Below are positions 1-13,687 of a DNA stretch of 64,000 bases, piece by piece; within the stretch, counting starts at the first letter, position 1, and the number at the start of each line of letters is the position of its first letter. The position numbers and the translations under genes were made by a program. The notes below the pieces were generated by a model. That model did not search any database. It was not told the origin of the DNA and saw nothing but the letters and a program-made list of their open reading frames with translations. The DNA comes from Balanoglossus misakiensis (Eukaryota; Animalia; Hemichordata), in contig CM082580.2 in assembly GCA_040954595.2 (NCBI GenBank), forward strand, positions 9,526,390 to 9,590,389, given 5' to 3'.

Positions 1-747
1 GCCAAGGTGCCCAAGGGGTTCAACGGCGAGCTCTACTGTCGTCTGGTGTGGTCGAACTTCTTTCTGTGGGTCTGTCTGAAGGCCTCGGTCTTCAACCTTG
101 TCGCCGTCACCGTCGAACGCTACTACGCGCTGACGCACCCCGGCAAATATGGTCGGCTCTTCAACAGAAGTAGAACGAAAGTTGCCATCGCCCTAGTTTG
201 GGTGTTCGCCTTCCTGCTGAACGGATTCATACCTTTCGTCATCGCAGTCGACAAGCGTACGTCTCGCTGCGGGATCGTCCGCAGCGAAACCCATTTCGAG
301 GAAGTCTACGGAATCGTCATAATGACCGTGACGTATTTTATTCCGATCTGCACCATCATCATCGTCTACACGAGGATCTTTGTGTCGCTGAAGCGTCAGG
401 CGCGTGTTCTCACGCACCAACTCGCTAAGAACGGACCAGCGCTCACCTTGCTGAGAGCCAGGCAGAAGGTAGTGAAAACGCTATTTCTCGTCGTTGTGCT
501 TTTCACGTTGTGCTGGGCACCAGACCAGGTGTGTTACCTGCTTTTTTCCTTGGGCTACTTCCCTGACTACCACCAGAGTCTCGCCTTCAAACTCTTTCTA
601 CCGTTGGCCTTCTTTAATTCATGCATCAACCCGGTCATCTACGGGTTGCGAAATAGGCAGATCAGACAGGGTTACAAGTCTTTATTTACAAAGGATTCGG
701 CGTCTGACATGGATGCAGACACCAATGGATTTCCCTCTAGGATATAA
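1..747 (+). CDS. Class A (rhodopsin-like) peptide GPCR, galanin/allatostatin-A receptor-like; 5'-truncated by the window edge (ECL1 to C-terminus)
   Basis: The frame is open from base 1 to TAA at 745-747. Motifs: ECL1/TM3 Cys (GELYCRL), TM3 ASVFNLVAVTVERY (E/DRY), TM4 Trp (IALVWVF), TM5 YFIP...Y, TM6 FTLCWAPDQ, TM7 FNSCINPVIY, helix 8 NRQIRQG. No introns in the visible part. The subfamily call comes from motif recall, not a search. Confidence 0.92.
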   Translation, partial: AKVPKGFNGELYCRLVWSNFFLWVCLKASVFNLVAVTVERYYALTHPGKYGRLFNRSRTKVAIALVWVFAFLLNGFIPFVIAVDKRTSRCGIVRSETHFEEVYGIVIMTVTYFIPICTIIIVYTRIFVSLKRQARVLTHQLAKNGPALTLLRARQKVVKTLFLVVVLFTLCWAPDQVCYLLFSLGYFPDYHQSLAFKLFLPLAFFNSCINPVIYGLRNRQIRQGYKSLFTKDSASDMDADTNGFPSRI

Positions 748-1042
748 AAAGGGCGCTATTTGACGGTTAACACTCGCGGTGTCGTCTCTGTCAATTTGTT
801 CGCGCCCTTTTTATTACACGTCTTTTTATTAGACCCTTGTTGCCACACTGGATTTGGCTCGGTACAGGATACCAGAAAGCCATGTTCACACAGCGGCAGT
901 GACGCTGGGATAGGTACTCGCTTGCATGCGGTGATGTGCCGTGCTGTGGTTGTACGTCAGATCACCATGGATATTTCGAGGGACTTCGCACGCCTTCCTG
1001 GGACGGCGACTGCGCAAATCTGAAACCTGAACCTGGAGCATG

Positions 1043-1048
1043 AATAAA
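1043..1048 (+). terminator. Candidate polyadenylation signal of the GPCR
   Basis: AATAAA ~300 bp downstream of the stop codon. Confidence 0.4.
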
Positions 1049-4000
1049 TGAAGCAAGTAGTGATCGGAAGCAGGGTCTAAAACTTTCGTCATCCAGTTAA
1101 TTCGACGCTATATACGATAAAATACCTTATCACGACCAGTATTGATCATCACTATTTATTGAGCACCAAAGGCGATGACTTTTAATTTCGCACATGCGCC
1201 ATTACACGTTTTTTTGACATTGTGTCGTGTGATAGAACTTACAATTATCCGGTTTTTACCACGACACGGATTATGATATAGAGTTACTCGCCGAGGTAAA
1301 AGTTATGGACTTGTTAACACTGTGTGTTCACACGGCTTAATTTACACAGCGACTCGGATTGCGAAGGACACGTGTGCATTATCGGGCGATGACGACAACT
1401 TTCGACATTCGTGGTCATACGCACTTTACATTTCCGAATGCTTTATTGTAAATCACACCAAGACACTAAACACTTTCCAGCCAGACAGTATGAAACCCCT
1501 TGCACCCCGAGGAACAAACTTTGTAAGTTTTTTCTTGGATACGGAAAAAATATATCACAAGGTTTACTACTTCAACCTATATAGGACAAGGGAATGTCAT
1601 CATTTATAAAATTTACCAGCAAATTCAACTACAGCAGGGGTCGATACCGGCATATTTCTGGGGTCAAAGAATCCTCGTTATTTGAAATCCACCGACAAAT
1701 TCTACCCTGGCTGCTATTGGGAATTTATCGAACTCGATGCTGATGATCACACCTATAAACTAGTCCTCGTGAATTTTATCGCGACAGAGAGTGGAGAGAT
1801 GATTTATTGATTTAGGGGTAGTCTGCTCTCAATCTGCCCTAAAGGTATATTTTCTATATTAATTCTGCTATTAACACAGACCATGACATATAGGGGAATG
1901 TCGCGACTCCGCCTATTTTGCATTAGGCAGATGCTCGGAGTTATAATGTTGCCGTCTCGTGAGATAAAAATAGTCCCGGCGCTGCATATTGAGTCCAACT
2001 GGAACGGGCAGTATATAAGTTGAACCTTTCTCTCGTCGCTAACAACCTACCTGCCTACCACCTTTCCAGCCAATGTCATGCCGCGAGACATATCATCTCT
2101 CGCTCGAACAGTAGTGACCGACTTCCGAGCTGGCTGTTCTAAGAATCCACGGGGACAAGGGATCGGCTATACACCGGTTTCCGAATTGTGTGCACGCGAG
2201 TAAACAGTGCAACATGCAGCTAATTGGCGAGGAAATAACACGCATAATAACACACTTATCCTGAAGGAAGTCTGCCCACGCTCAACGACATTGCAGACCG
2301 TCTGTGATCAAATAATTTCACTGAACGAGCGGCCAACAATTTGACCATATTGTTTGAGCAGTTGTGTTCACAAATGTTTGCTTTTTAAATTATTAAAAGT
2401 AAAGGCAAACCAGTCCCAGGAAATCAATGTTTATTCTGTCATTAATTTAAATGGTGGGGAAATCGTCGCCATTTTAAGTGAGATTTGAGAATTTTTACAG
2501 GGGCGGTGGCGGGAAATAATTCCTGGTTTATTGTTGCCTTTGTAATCGATCGTTACGAAGGCGTGAAAACAAGCTTTTTCATTCGTGTGTGTGCATCGCG
2601 GTTTCTATTGCGCTTGTTTGTTAATAGCTGTCCAGCAGGATTACGGCGGACACCTTTTTTAGGATGCCTATTTTATTAACCTTTAGAGATGTCGTTTGCG
2701 CGGTTCCATGTGCGGATGCATTGAAAGAAATGCCACACTGTCAGTCGTCGTTCCCGCCCTCCCGTGAAGCCTTCATAGTCAGTGCGTCACATCACAGCGC
2801 GCCGTATTTCAAAAGGACACGCTTTCATCTTCCTACACAAAGCAAACTCGTTTGAACCCATCTTTAGATGCTTAGGCGAATAAAGCCGCGCTTCTAACAG
2901 CAATTTTCTATACGACGCGTCCCTGCTTATGAAAAAAGCGAAAATAAGACCTCTTAGGCCACCGAGGCGAACAGCACAGTAATCAATATATGTACCTTTG
3001 CCGTGCAAGGCTCGCATCTGAAAGACCCCGATATGAATTATCGTCATCATACAAGCTTGCTTGATTATTTATTATGTTTGAAGGTTTCAGTCCCACGCTT
3101 AATTGCTTCTTATTGGTCAAGCTAGTTTGCTCTCAAACAGAGGAAGTGTACGACCATGTAAGTTAAATAATGATACATATTTAATATCCGATACTCTAGA
3201 ATATTAATTCCCGTGATACATCGCGAGCCCCATGATCATTTGCCGATGATATGTTTTATCCCCCTTAATACAGACGTGACTATACACGCCTTACAGTTCA
3301 TCGGCTCGCTCTATTGAGTTTTATAATAGCGTGGCTAATATTATGGCACACAGCTATTAAAACTGAATGTATAAGGCTATCAAAGTTTTATTACTCCGAA
3401 AGTGTTAAGTTTTATGTGTTGCGGCTGTAGCAAGTTTACTTTCGTCATATAGTTTTTCAGAACTGACTGTAGAGATATGTCATTAAATACTACCACGGAC
3501 AAATCGGCATCTATTGATATCGACAATCGGCTCCATCGTATATCATTTGAACCACTGGAAGGCTGTGTGATTTAGGGCTCGTTCTAGCCACAGATGTGGC
3601 GTTCGGTCCAATTTACAGCGCTGAATAAGATAAACTCACTCAGAGAGCGCGGCGTCACCCCGTTGCCCAGGAAAGCCCTGAGTATAATGCACTGTGTTCC
3701 ATATTTTGCCAATTCCGAGTGATCGTGCTGCTCGGAAACAGAAGCCGATAATGACTTTGAATCTGATAAACGCGGCTAATCAACGAAGCTTGAAACCATA
3801 GCAATAACTTTACAAAACATGAAATTGTCGAAATTATGTGGTTATGTCACCACTCCAGTGCCCTATTTACCAGACCCGTTTCTGAGAAGAAAACCGTCAC
3901 GCTATAACAGTCTTCCATGGAAACACCAATTGAATCATACATACATGTAGTACCATTAGCGGCACTGTACCATTCAACACAAACCTCTATCACCATTTGT

Positions 4001-6525
4001 CATTGTACAGATAGAAAATAACTACATCGTCCATTGAAGCTACCAGCACCTGTCGGAAGGCATCAGCCGCATGTACACAATACACGTTTTCAAAAGATGG
4101 AAGTGTTTTACACCATCGAGCTGAAAACGCATAAAATTCACTTGTCTGACAATGCATGCCTGATGTATAGGATGCTTTTAACCGAAAGGGGTGCAGTACG
4201 GGATTGGTGACGTCATTCCTTCCGATTACCCGGAATCTTATTGAACGTGCACATTTATCGCGAAGTGCACCATGGAGCATAACGCACGTCACGGGAAACG
4301 CGTTTAGCGGGCATTTAAAAGTTGCATTTGGACCGCTTCACGGTTTCCCGCTAATTAATGAATGGTCCAACCTCAACGCCGCTTTGCAGAATCGATGCTT
4401 ATACGCACTTGCTTTCAAAACTCAAGAGAATAACCCGATCAAACGCGGAGAAAGTCGAGTACGCGTATCAGAAAGTGGAACTTCTTATATTCGTTCCTCC
4501 AAGTTTCAGAAAACGCGGCTAGGTACACACATTTCTGATTGCACTAATTCGCTCTTGATTTCCGCCCTGATTTATGGCCGTGGACTTGGCGAAAGAATCC
4601 TGCACGCACTTAACCGTGTTTAGATATCCAAAATTAATACCCCCCTACTTTCACGTGAAACCATAACAAAATAAAGAGGAAAAGTCAACTGAGGCAATTC
4701 CGTGAGATTTTATTACCCTTGTTTTCTTCGCATTATTGAATGAAATATGACAGCGTGGGGGATTTTCTCTGAATTTATAACGACACCCTAAAGAAGCCAT
4801 ATAGCTTCATGGCATATTGAGGTTCGGCTCATGAACTCAAAATATTTAAAAGGTCATTCAATATCGTCACCGTAAAGCCCGCAGTACAGCTGTTGTTCAC
4901 CAAGATTAATCACACCAATCAAAACGATACAGTAAATCAGACGAGAATAACGTATGCGCTCAGAACAGCGATGACAGAATAAGCCAAGATGAATGGAAAT
5001 TGATCGCGCGTTTTTTTTTTTTTTTAGTGTGAGAGTTATCGTGCCAACCAGCATCTGTTTCTGCACCCAGCACAAAAAGAAATTAATAACGAGGCTGCTC
5101 ACGCCTTTCATAACGCGTCGGTCCGTCCCGAGGTTACGCGGGAATCGTTAGAAAGTGATGTATTTATTGACCGTCTCTCGGCTTGGTATTTCCTATTCAG
5201 CCCTCCGTTACTTATTTTGAGACCGCCACATGATTTGCAGTTGGCCTCGCGTAGACCGGCGGCAAAAATACGCAACACTGCAACAAAACTATGTGTGGAG
5301 GTGAGAGATAAAACAGTCTCTTAAATTACAGAGATATATGGACTGTATCTGTTAATCCTTACATAAACTAACGTCATAAGGATCATTCTCATGAATCATG
5401 GTGTTGGCTTATATTCACGCCTACACTAGCTTGCATCAAATGAAAAACCGAAAAATCTGAAAATTGACAGGGATATATATGTCAATATTCTGGATGGTTT
5501 TCGTCCACTGTCATACAATGCATAGCACGAGACAGCTTAGATGCAGACGATGATTGCTTCGGTGCAGGTGGCCATCGGTGTCTCTTGATGCAGCTCTCAC
5601 TTCAAATAGGAAATTATTTTGTCTGCGACTAAAAATATGTCCCGTGTGTTTGCGTATTAGATTGCAGACCGTGTTTGCGTATGGCAGTCTGTGACGATAA
5701 GCAGCTGAATGAACACCAGTGCGAGTCAAATTTGTCTACTGAGGTGGTAGGGTTTCCTCGCTGAGTTAATGGACGATTAAAAAGGGACGGCTTGAGACTG
5801 TGGACCGATTTAATAGATTACTACTGGACATATCACGCAAGTGCAGGGGGGCCTGAATATACCATGGTTACTATTCATTGGATAGGTGTTATTTTCAGTT
5901 TGACGCAATATGTAACCTTCGTGCTGTCGGAGACACCACTTGGCACATTCCGTTATCTCCAATGGAAATGCATTGAAGGCGTTTGGTAAACGATCGTCCT
6001 CGTCGTTCTTGTATCAATTTACGGAAACCTCTCGCGGTATTTACGGATCAATTGAAATCAAATAATGCAAGCCATGTTTTCTCTCCATATCAAGTGCAAA
6101 TGACATTCTAATGACGTGATTGCATTTCATGATTCCTAAAACTCCACGTTTCTCGAAAAGTCACGACGTATATGACCGGCGGGTACATGGGAATAACCGA
6201 CTGACACATCGGACGCCGTTGAAAAGATACATCAGCTTCACACAGTGCAGCATTCCAAGAAAAATTCCAGTAATTCTTTCAAAGGGAATGTGCCACAGAT
6301 AAAATTGTGGAGTATCCTTGTTAGTATAATATCGGTGTAAGTAATAGTGGGCTAAGTATGTAGAACGACTCCATTCACTATCCTGCGCGCGCACTCCAGA
6401 AACAAGTTTCAAGATCATAGCGCGTTTAGGTATACGTCACCTCCAATTTACATGTACGCCCATATATGGCTGACATGGTATTTGAGTATTCTTTTTTCGT
6501 GTGCGCCACCCACTGAATATCTGTG

Positions 6526-6641
6526 ATTGGCCAGATCTCAATTTGCCGTGGTAATTCTAGTTAAATTTGCATAGGTGACCGTATACCCTTCAGCTGATGA
6601 CTTTGTGACTTTCCCGGAAACGAACTGACAAACGCGTCAGT
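6526..6641 (+). promoter_or_regulatory. Candidate promoter upstream of the ATG at 6702
   Basis: Reverse CCAAT (GATTGG ~6526), octamer ATTTGCAT 6565-6572, TTCCCGGAA (STAT/ETS-type) 6611-6619 and initiator-like TCAGT 6637-6641, clustered within 180 bp of a strong-Kozak ATG. Confidence 0.3.
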
Positions 6642-6701
6642 CGCAGAAATGACAAGAACTCTTAGTTAGGACCATTTCGTAACAAGTCGCCGGAGACCAA
6701 C

Positions 6702-6774
6702 ATGGAGCAGTTTTATTTACGAATCCTTTTTTTTCTGTCTGTCTATATGATGTCGTGTTTGCTGTACGGCACCA
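6702..6774 (+). CDS. Candidate first coding exon encoding a signal peptide (MEQFYLRILFFLSVYMMSCLLYGT) of an unidentified secreted protein
   Basis: ccaacATGG Kozak context. Basic residue plus hydrophobic core typical of signal peptides. Ends at a consensus donor A|GTAAGT (phase 1). Too short to appear in the ORF track. Confidence 0.5.
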
Positions 6775-8128
6775 GTAAGTTGACCTAATTAAGTTTCGCA
6801 TTGATTAAATCACGTCGGAACGTAAAATAATACGACAGGGCTAACAAAGATGTGTGAAATTCAAATTATATTTCTGTCAGAATCAATCTTGTCAAAATTG
6901 GCGGCGGCTATGTACACATATAATATAGGAGACTCTGGGGCCATGTCTCGCATTTGTTCAGCGGAATACACGCTCAGTGATATATGACACCAATTGCGTG
7001 ATTAATATTTTTTTGCTTTGATTGGTAATGAGTGACATAAAATATATATATCGCATGTTGCTGTCCTTAAAAAGCCGGTGACCCTATACTCTATATGTCG
7101 ATGGAACATGCACATATTTTGCAATTACCAGTCTCTGTTTACTTTACAATCTAAAATAAACATTGACGAGGAACATTCAGATGGTTTTGATGTCCGCTTC
7201 TCGATCCCTGCCGGAGCGTATGTCTGGGAGCTGGTCGACTTTAATAGCGGCAGTTGTGTGATGGGAACGGCGACTAAACACCTAATGTGAAGTTACGAGC
7301 AAAGGAAATGAAATTTTACGGTCGCAGCGTCTTGATACTGGTATTACGAGCTTTTCTCGGTTGCCATAGATTTTTTATTAGCCGCTGTCAGGCTTTCCGC
7401 CTTGATGCGGGATTGTCCTAGATGGCTTTTGCGGGTTCGCTGGGAAATCGGGTCGTCGGTGTCAATTCGTGCGTGATCAATTCAAGGCTCCGTCGCCTCC
7501 GGGCTGGGACTAGATTCAATCTTGACATTCTATCCGATTTGTTTTGCAGATTATCTTGGGTAGGGGAGAGATCTTTGAAGACGATCCCCAGCTGAAACCG
7601 TTTCGCGACTCTCAGTATCACGCTTGCTATGTATGACTAAATGAACGCTCCGCTCTGGTGCGATACTGAGACAGCAGTGATGTGCCGGGTGTGCAATAAC
7701 GATAATACGTGTGTATCCACGAGCAAAATACCTACTGCCTGGAGATGCGCGTTAAATTTTATACCCTCGCACTAATGAGCGCCATTACTCTACTTCTTCG
7801 ATTGCACTTTAACTGAACTGCGCGGGCTGGCTGCCGTCGACGCGATGCGCATTTCTCGAGGTCCAAGTCTTACCATAAATAATTTAACCCCGGTGACCTT
7901 GCTGCCACCGTAGTGCTATTAATAGCAACCGGTAAATCGACCATGCAGGCATTGAGCATTCAGGGTCCTACACACATGAGTACATTTACAGATACATAAA
8001 ATATTAATATAGTCACGGGTTGATCCATAGAACCACACAGGAAACGATAAAATCTTGAGAGTAAATTTATGGATGCCAAGAAATAATTTGCACGTGTACA
8101 CTCTTAAACTTCAGCAAATGAAACGTCT

Positions 8129-8287
8129 TTAAGGTGGGGTTCTACTCTTAATATAGCCTTCTTTTGGAACCTTTTGTGAATATTTCAAGGAAATGACAAT
8201 ATTCCAAAACTGTTTTCTCAAAATTCTACATATAAGGCTATGGAATGCGATAACCGTGCGCTGCATCCGGGTAGTCCCTTACCTTAG
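8129..8287. mobile_element. Degenerate non-autonomous DNA transposon (MITE) with TTAA-GG...CC-TTA ends
   Basis: The left end TAAGGTGGGGTTCTAC (8130-8145) and right end GTAGTCCCTTACCTTA (8271-8286) are 12/16 reverse-complementary. Confidence 0.35.
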
Positions 8288-9062
8288 CCTCTGTGATATA
8301 AAAACCTGTTCATTTAAAGAAACGTAATACACAGTCACCATGGTTTCCGTTTATGTAATTTGCATATGTCGGTCTAAAATGTCATGTGGCCATATATCAT
8401 AAGGAACCATGAGAACTGAATGTAATATTTGTGTAATTTTTTGCTGCTGATATTACCCCGCCTCAAACGAGTCCCAGCGATCGTCCACCGGCGCTGCCGG
8501 AGTTGATTACTGATTACCGGACGACAAACCGGGATCGTTACAGAAGATGGATAGTTCTAGTAATTTGGAAATTATTAACATGGACGAGCGAACACAAATA
8601 GGCGCCAATCATTATTAGCTGTAACGAGATACATGTAGTCGAACATAAAAGTTCAATTTCAAGAGTGAAACGTCCTTTGGAAAAAGAAGAAATAACTGGA
8701 GACAGTGGAGAGATTCTTGGGACGAACTACAACTACAAGATGCGCGTGATGCGTTGCCTCCTCAATCAAGACATGCACACATGTTAACTCTTACTTTTAG
8801 CTCGTCTGACTCTGAATTATAATGGAGATGTTGACACGTACTGCATAACACCTCTCAGCGAAACACACATGCTCAACTTGTAATCTGACTTATTCCGGGA
8901 GATTTTCCACGTTCGTGTGTAACACGAGACTGGGCGCCGTATAATCTTTTACCCTTCTGCGAAGAGCCAGGAACATGCAATATGTATAAGGCTTCGAGGT
9001 TGCCGGGAATTTCTTGCGGGGATCACAGTAGAAATTATACGAGCAGCTTTACATTTTATTTC

Positions 9063-9120
9063 TCACTCACTGACTCACTCACTCACTGACTCACTCATTA
9101 ACTCACTCACTCACTCACTC
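9063..9120 (+). repeat. (TCAC)n tetranucleotide microsatellite, imperfect
   Basis: Direct reading. Confidence 0.9.
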
Positions 9121-9130
9121 TGAAACCCAG

Positions 9131-9144
9131 CTGAGTCAAGCCAG
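9131..9144 (+). CDS. Candidate 14-nt micro-exon (T-E-S-S-Q) continuing the signal-peptide exon
   Basis: cccag|CTGAGTCAAGCCAG|gtatgt. Phase 1 entry matches the 6774 donor and supplies a small-X-small (T-E-S) signal-peptidase site. Exits in phase 0. Preceded by the pyrimidine-rich (TCAC)n tract. Confidence 0.35.
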
Positions 9145-11368
9145 GTATGTACCCAAAACGATCAAATGCCCAAGTGTGCGCATTGCGCGCGTTCTAAAAA
9201 AATCAAATTGGCCTTGTTCGCCTAAACCGGATTATCGGAGATCGCCCATCTTCCCATTTCCGTCCAGATCTGTATCGCATGAGACAAGGTTCATGAAAGA
9301 ACACGGGGGTCGCGAACTTTTAGTGACTTTCACTGTAATCTTTGAATTGAAATGGGCTACCTTCGTGGCTCTATATTCCCATATGTTTTGAAACGTGCCA
9401 ATCACGGTTTAACTTCATTGCGATTTCTTAATTGTCACTTAAAGAAAACATCTCTCCCTTTTCCTACTCTACGTCCAGCTTAAACAGATTTGGGGGATCT
9501 ACTAATCTAATCCAAACCTTATCTCCATATTCTAAACACTGCAAACACCGGGCAAGAGCCGAGTACCCGTACCTCTTAGGAATACGAGACGTTTGATATT
9601 CAAGTCAGTGTCGTCGTTAGCTTTTTTCCCCGCGTGCCTGGCAGACAGGAGACAGGGAATATCTCAGTATCATTGCTTTTAATCATCATTTCACGACTTC
9701 ACTACAACCTGTCGGACTCATCCAAACAGTTAAAACACAAACCGAATCTGATAGACATAATGCAGGCACATATGCTGTCTGACGGTTGCTGAACTCCTGT
9801 GATATGTTTCCATTCGTGGCGCCAAAACTCGAACACCCCAATGTTCCAATATGGCACGAGGATAATGTGCTTAGAATACATATGCTTGTCAGTTTGTTTA
9901 AATATTAGACCTAATATCATGGTCACCACGTGATTTATGACTGAATTTTACTTTTTGATTTCCGTGGCGTAAACATACCTGGGCTACCTTTGTTCGGACT
10001 TAATGCACGGATAATATACTATAACATGAACATAAATTTGTTTGGAAAAAAGCACTTGAGTCAGCTGTCGCTGCTGGGTGGTCTTTATTTTCCCGCCTTG
10101 ACTACAAGTGTTTTCTAAATTCAATCAGTTAACCCAGCCACGGATGTTGCCATCATTGACAGGGACGTGTTCACTCCGTGCTAATGCTTTTCAAATCGCT
10201 TCAACAAGTTGGTGCGACATATTCCGGGGATTACCAGTCGCTGTGGAATAGCCTCGCCATCAGACACTCGGTGTTGTGATCCGACTTGACAGTAAAAGCT
10301 TTTTGTCATGACGACTAACATGCACCACCTGGATGTCGATGTACAGTGTTTTGTCCTGGGCGTTTGCTATTCATTGCAATGAATGGTCAGCTTAGCAAGT
10401 CAAGTTGAAAGCGAGAAGTCGATGGTGCATGCTGCGTGTCTGCTCTCACTGCATTATCTGACTGAGTGTATTTTTCGATTTTAATAATATCAGCTTAACA
10501 CGGCTCTTGTTACACCAACTTCTATAATTACCTGAATCCACCACGGGAAGGCGTGACCTCATTCAAAGCTTTGCATGCGACGGTATTCACAAATTATTTC
10601 CCGCGCATAATACGCCATGGAAAAAGACCCTGCAGATCTGTACACGTATAGTTATCCCAATGAACTCGAGGTCACCTAGCCCACGCTATCATGGTTCGAA
10701 AAGGAAATTTCTTTCAAGACAACATTCTATTTGGGATTATAAACCATAAATGGCGTAATCTAATTCTGGTCGTCAGTGCTTCGAACGAGTACAAAGACGC
10801 CGATAAAATATTTTCTTTTGGTTTGACATTAATGATGAAATGAAAAACTCCATATTTTCTTTTGGTAAGCTGAGCCTGTCAGCTTCTCTCTCGGAAATTT
10901 ACAGTATGAAAGCCTACATTAACGGTTTGAAATTCTGAATGGTTCATAAATGCGTATAACAAAGAGCCCATCTTTCGTTCACTAAAATAGTTTGAGCCTA
11001 ACACACGGATCGAATCTCTACTGAATAAAGCCAGCCACGTTTTGAACCGAACTTAGTAGAATATCCACCGCGCTTCTATTACATCCACCAACTTAATGCA
11101 AATAAATCAAATTGTTGTGTGTGTATCGATATCTTTTAAATGCAGTTCGTATTACCGCGGCGTTGTATATATTACCAATATTTTTTTTCAAGTAAGCGGT
11201 CCGCATAGATGAAATTGTTATCGTTGCATCAACTCTCATCCGACACACGTGTTACAGATAGATGTTTGCTTTATCGGAATGAGCTGCGATCGAAGCTGAC
11301 ATCGGATTCATACAAACGCGACAAAATCCGCCGACATCTGGCGGGTTAGCTCATTTACAGTCGCAGCT

Positions 11369-11396
11369 GTTGCCATGGCGACGGATTATTACGTCA
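11369..11396. promoter_or_regulatory. RFX X-box plus CRE-like site (candidate enhancer)
   Basis: GTTGCCATGGCGAC (11369-11382) is 13/14 to the palindromic X-box GTTGCCATGGCAAC. TTACGTCA follows at 11389-11396. Confidence 0.45.
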
Positions 11397-11674
11397 GTGT
11401 GGCAGGGCTGGTGTTTGCTCTAGGTCACCGGTTTTGTCAACTTCATTTGCTCCGTAGTCACATTTCCGTCTTGTTCTAATTATTTAAAAAAAGGAGAACG
11501 AGTGTTCTCAATTTGATTCACGATGCATCGAGTCTTTTGCGGCCTCTATTAGACCTGGACATGCATTCGGGGCCTACGCGGGAAGAAGCCATCTTTGGGT
11601 CCAAAAACCGTGCATGATATTGTGTTACATGTCCTGATTCTGGAAATGAGGAATTATCTGTGAGAAGTCGGTTT

Positions 11675-11678
<4 letters not shown>

Positions 11679-11766
<88 letters not shown>
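11679..11766 (+). repeat. (AG)44 dinucleotide microsatellite
   Basis: Direct reading of a perfect run. Confidence 0.98.
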
Positions 11767-11769
<3 letters not shown>

Positions 11770-13564
11770 TGGAAAAATGGAATCAAATTGTTTCATTTTG
11801 TCAGCGTACTACACTTAAAGAGAAGTGTGTCATTGCAATCGACTGGGTTCGTTGCTGACCCGAACCTAATTCGACTGTGTTTATAGCTGGCAACGAGCCC
11901 ACGGGTAAAGTAAGCAGAACACGTGGAGCGGTAACCGTCATCTGCCAGTTCCCTCGCACACTTCTCATTAAAATAATCCCTTGAATACAACCAATCTGAG
12001 CGGAAAGAATTCAAGTTTTAGAATTAGTTCGAAACGAGCGGCTACCCAGTACCTTCGCACGGATTTCCACTGAGATTGATCACGTGGGCATGCGGTAGAA
12101 ACGTTTCTAGTCGGTTTAGCATTTCAATTTTATGACAGAGTCCATTAAGGAGACAAGCTTTGACATTTTACAACATACTTTTGCAGTTTATCTGATAACA
12201 AAACATACGGAAAAGTATGAAATATGAACTACTAGTACTCATAATTTCGACGAGAAATAAATAAAATATCATAAAACTTTCACAGTTCATCATTTTAAAT
12301 TGAATCATAAGTGGTGTCTACCTAGGTTTTGTATGCCTTGAAATACGTCATGTCTAACTGCCATATTTCGCATTCTCCACTCAAATATTTCATCATGTCG
12401 GCTGCTGACGCATAATTCTTGCGCGTGGTTGCGCCTGCGCGTGTGGATAAAGTTTGCCTGCGTTCGCGTTGTCAGCCATTATTTTGTCATTATGAAGTAC
12501 TGAGGTTATTTATGTGCCTAATTCTATTCAATGTCTGCGTGAAATTTACTAAGCACAGGTGTCCACGCCAGACTACAGTCACGTTCTCTTAAATTGACAG
12601 AAGTCGAATCGGCTCGTTCACCCAGGTGACGACAGGTGCGACCAACCAGGATTTTTAAATTAAAATTCCAAGAAAGCGGGTATAGGATGACAACCTGTTC
12701 TTTGTACCTTGTGAATCGATTAACTTTTGTCAGCAGCAGAGTGATATCTGTGACTCCCAGATGACAATAAAGCGCTCTATTTATGGCAACGAGGTGATAT
12801 GCACTCTTACTTTACGATAATCATCGCTTGTCAATTTTTATCGAGTCGGTCACTGCAGAGTGAAGGCAACTGCTGCCCCCTGGACATAATCGATAAACAC
12901 GCTAATGTGTGGTCCAAAATGGTCCATTCGATATGACTGAAGAAAAATGCGAACACGCCAACCCGCTATTGATTGGTATAGTATGGATATTGCCGTAATG
13001 TGCGCCGTTTGGGTGTCTGAAAATGATTTGCGCTCTGAGAGAGAGAGAGAAGGGGGGGGGGGGGGTCTCCAAAGCCCCGCGTCAACTCTTTGCATTGAGC
13101 GACGGAGAGTATAAGTTGATCACCCAGTTCTTTTATAGATCTTTGCCGAGCCTCCAACCATGCATGGCAAGCAGAGTGAACACAGCATCATGCTATATGG
13201 ATCGCTTCATCCCAGCTTTACCATCTCTGAGGTGACTATCGATCGAGAGTGTAATCAGTGGGTGCGTGGGAAACTTTGAAAGTGTATCACCGTAATGAGA
13301 GAAAGAAGGAGGAGGAGGAGGCATGTTGAGAGAGACGTGATCTGCGGACATCCTACATCTAAGGTTTCGTCGGGTGCGGAGAGAGGGTTTTGAGAACAGT
13401 TGTCGTGCATTAGTTACCATGGTGAGAGAGTGAATCAGAATGCTGCTTACGTCATGAATCTCCATTATTCCGCCGGGGCACGGGACCGGGACGATTCGAT
13501 TTAAGGGCGTAATCGCGAAGACAGTTGTAGGCAAGGAATAACCATAAAAGTGTTATGAATGTTA

Positions 13565-13687
13565 TAAGGAGAGAACCATTTGATTTCTGGGTGTGGGGTG
13601 GATGGGAGATTTTTGGGGAAAAATTGGTTGAAATTTGCTGACATATCAAAATCCCCCACCCGCTGAAAATAAATGATTCTCCCTTAA
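13565..13687. mobile_element. MITE, family copy 1 (GGGAGAACCATTTGATTTCTG-type TIR)
   Basis: Left end TAAGGAGAGAACCATTTGATTTCTGG and right end AAATGATTCTCCCTTAA are inverted. Bases 13571-13590 match the reverse complement of 21934-21953 exactly. Internal TGGATGGGAGATTT is shared with copy 2. Confidence 0.75.

Noticed and set aside
7418-7621. Minus-strand ORF with an RRRR furin-like site
   Set aside because: Non-ATG start, no signal peptide, no supporting splice structure and no recognisable homology.
10808-10866. 15-bp direct repeat ATATTTTCTTTTGGT translating as IFSFG (SALMFamide-like FxFG)
   Set aside because: The copies are 44 bp apart (different frames), stops intervene and there are no KR sites. 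It is a low-complexity local duplication.
11518-11796. Poly-SL / poly-RE ORFs, and the poly-M/S/H ORFs near 32550
   Set aside because: These are translations of (AG)n and (ATG)n microsatellites.
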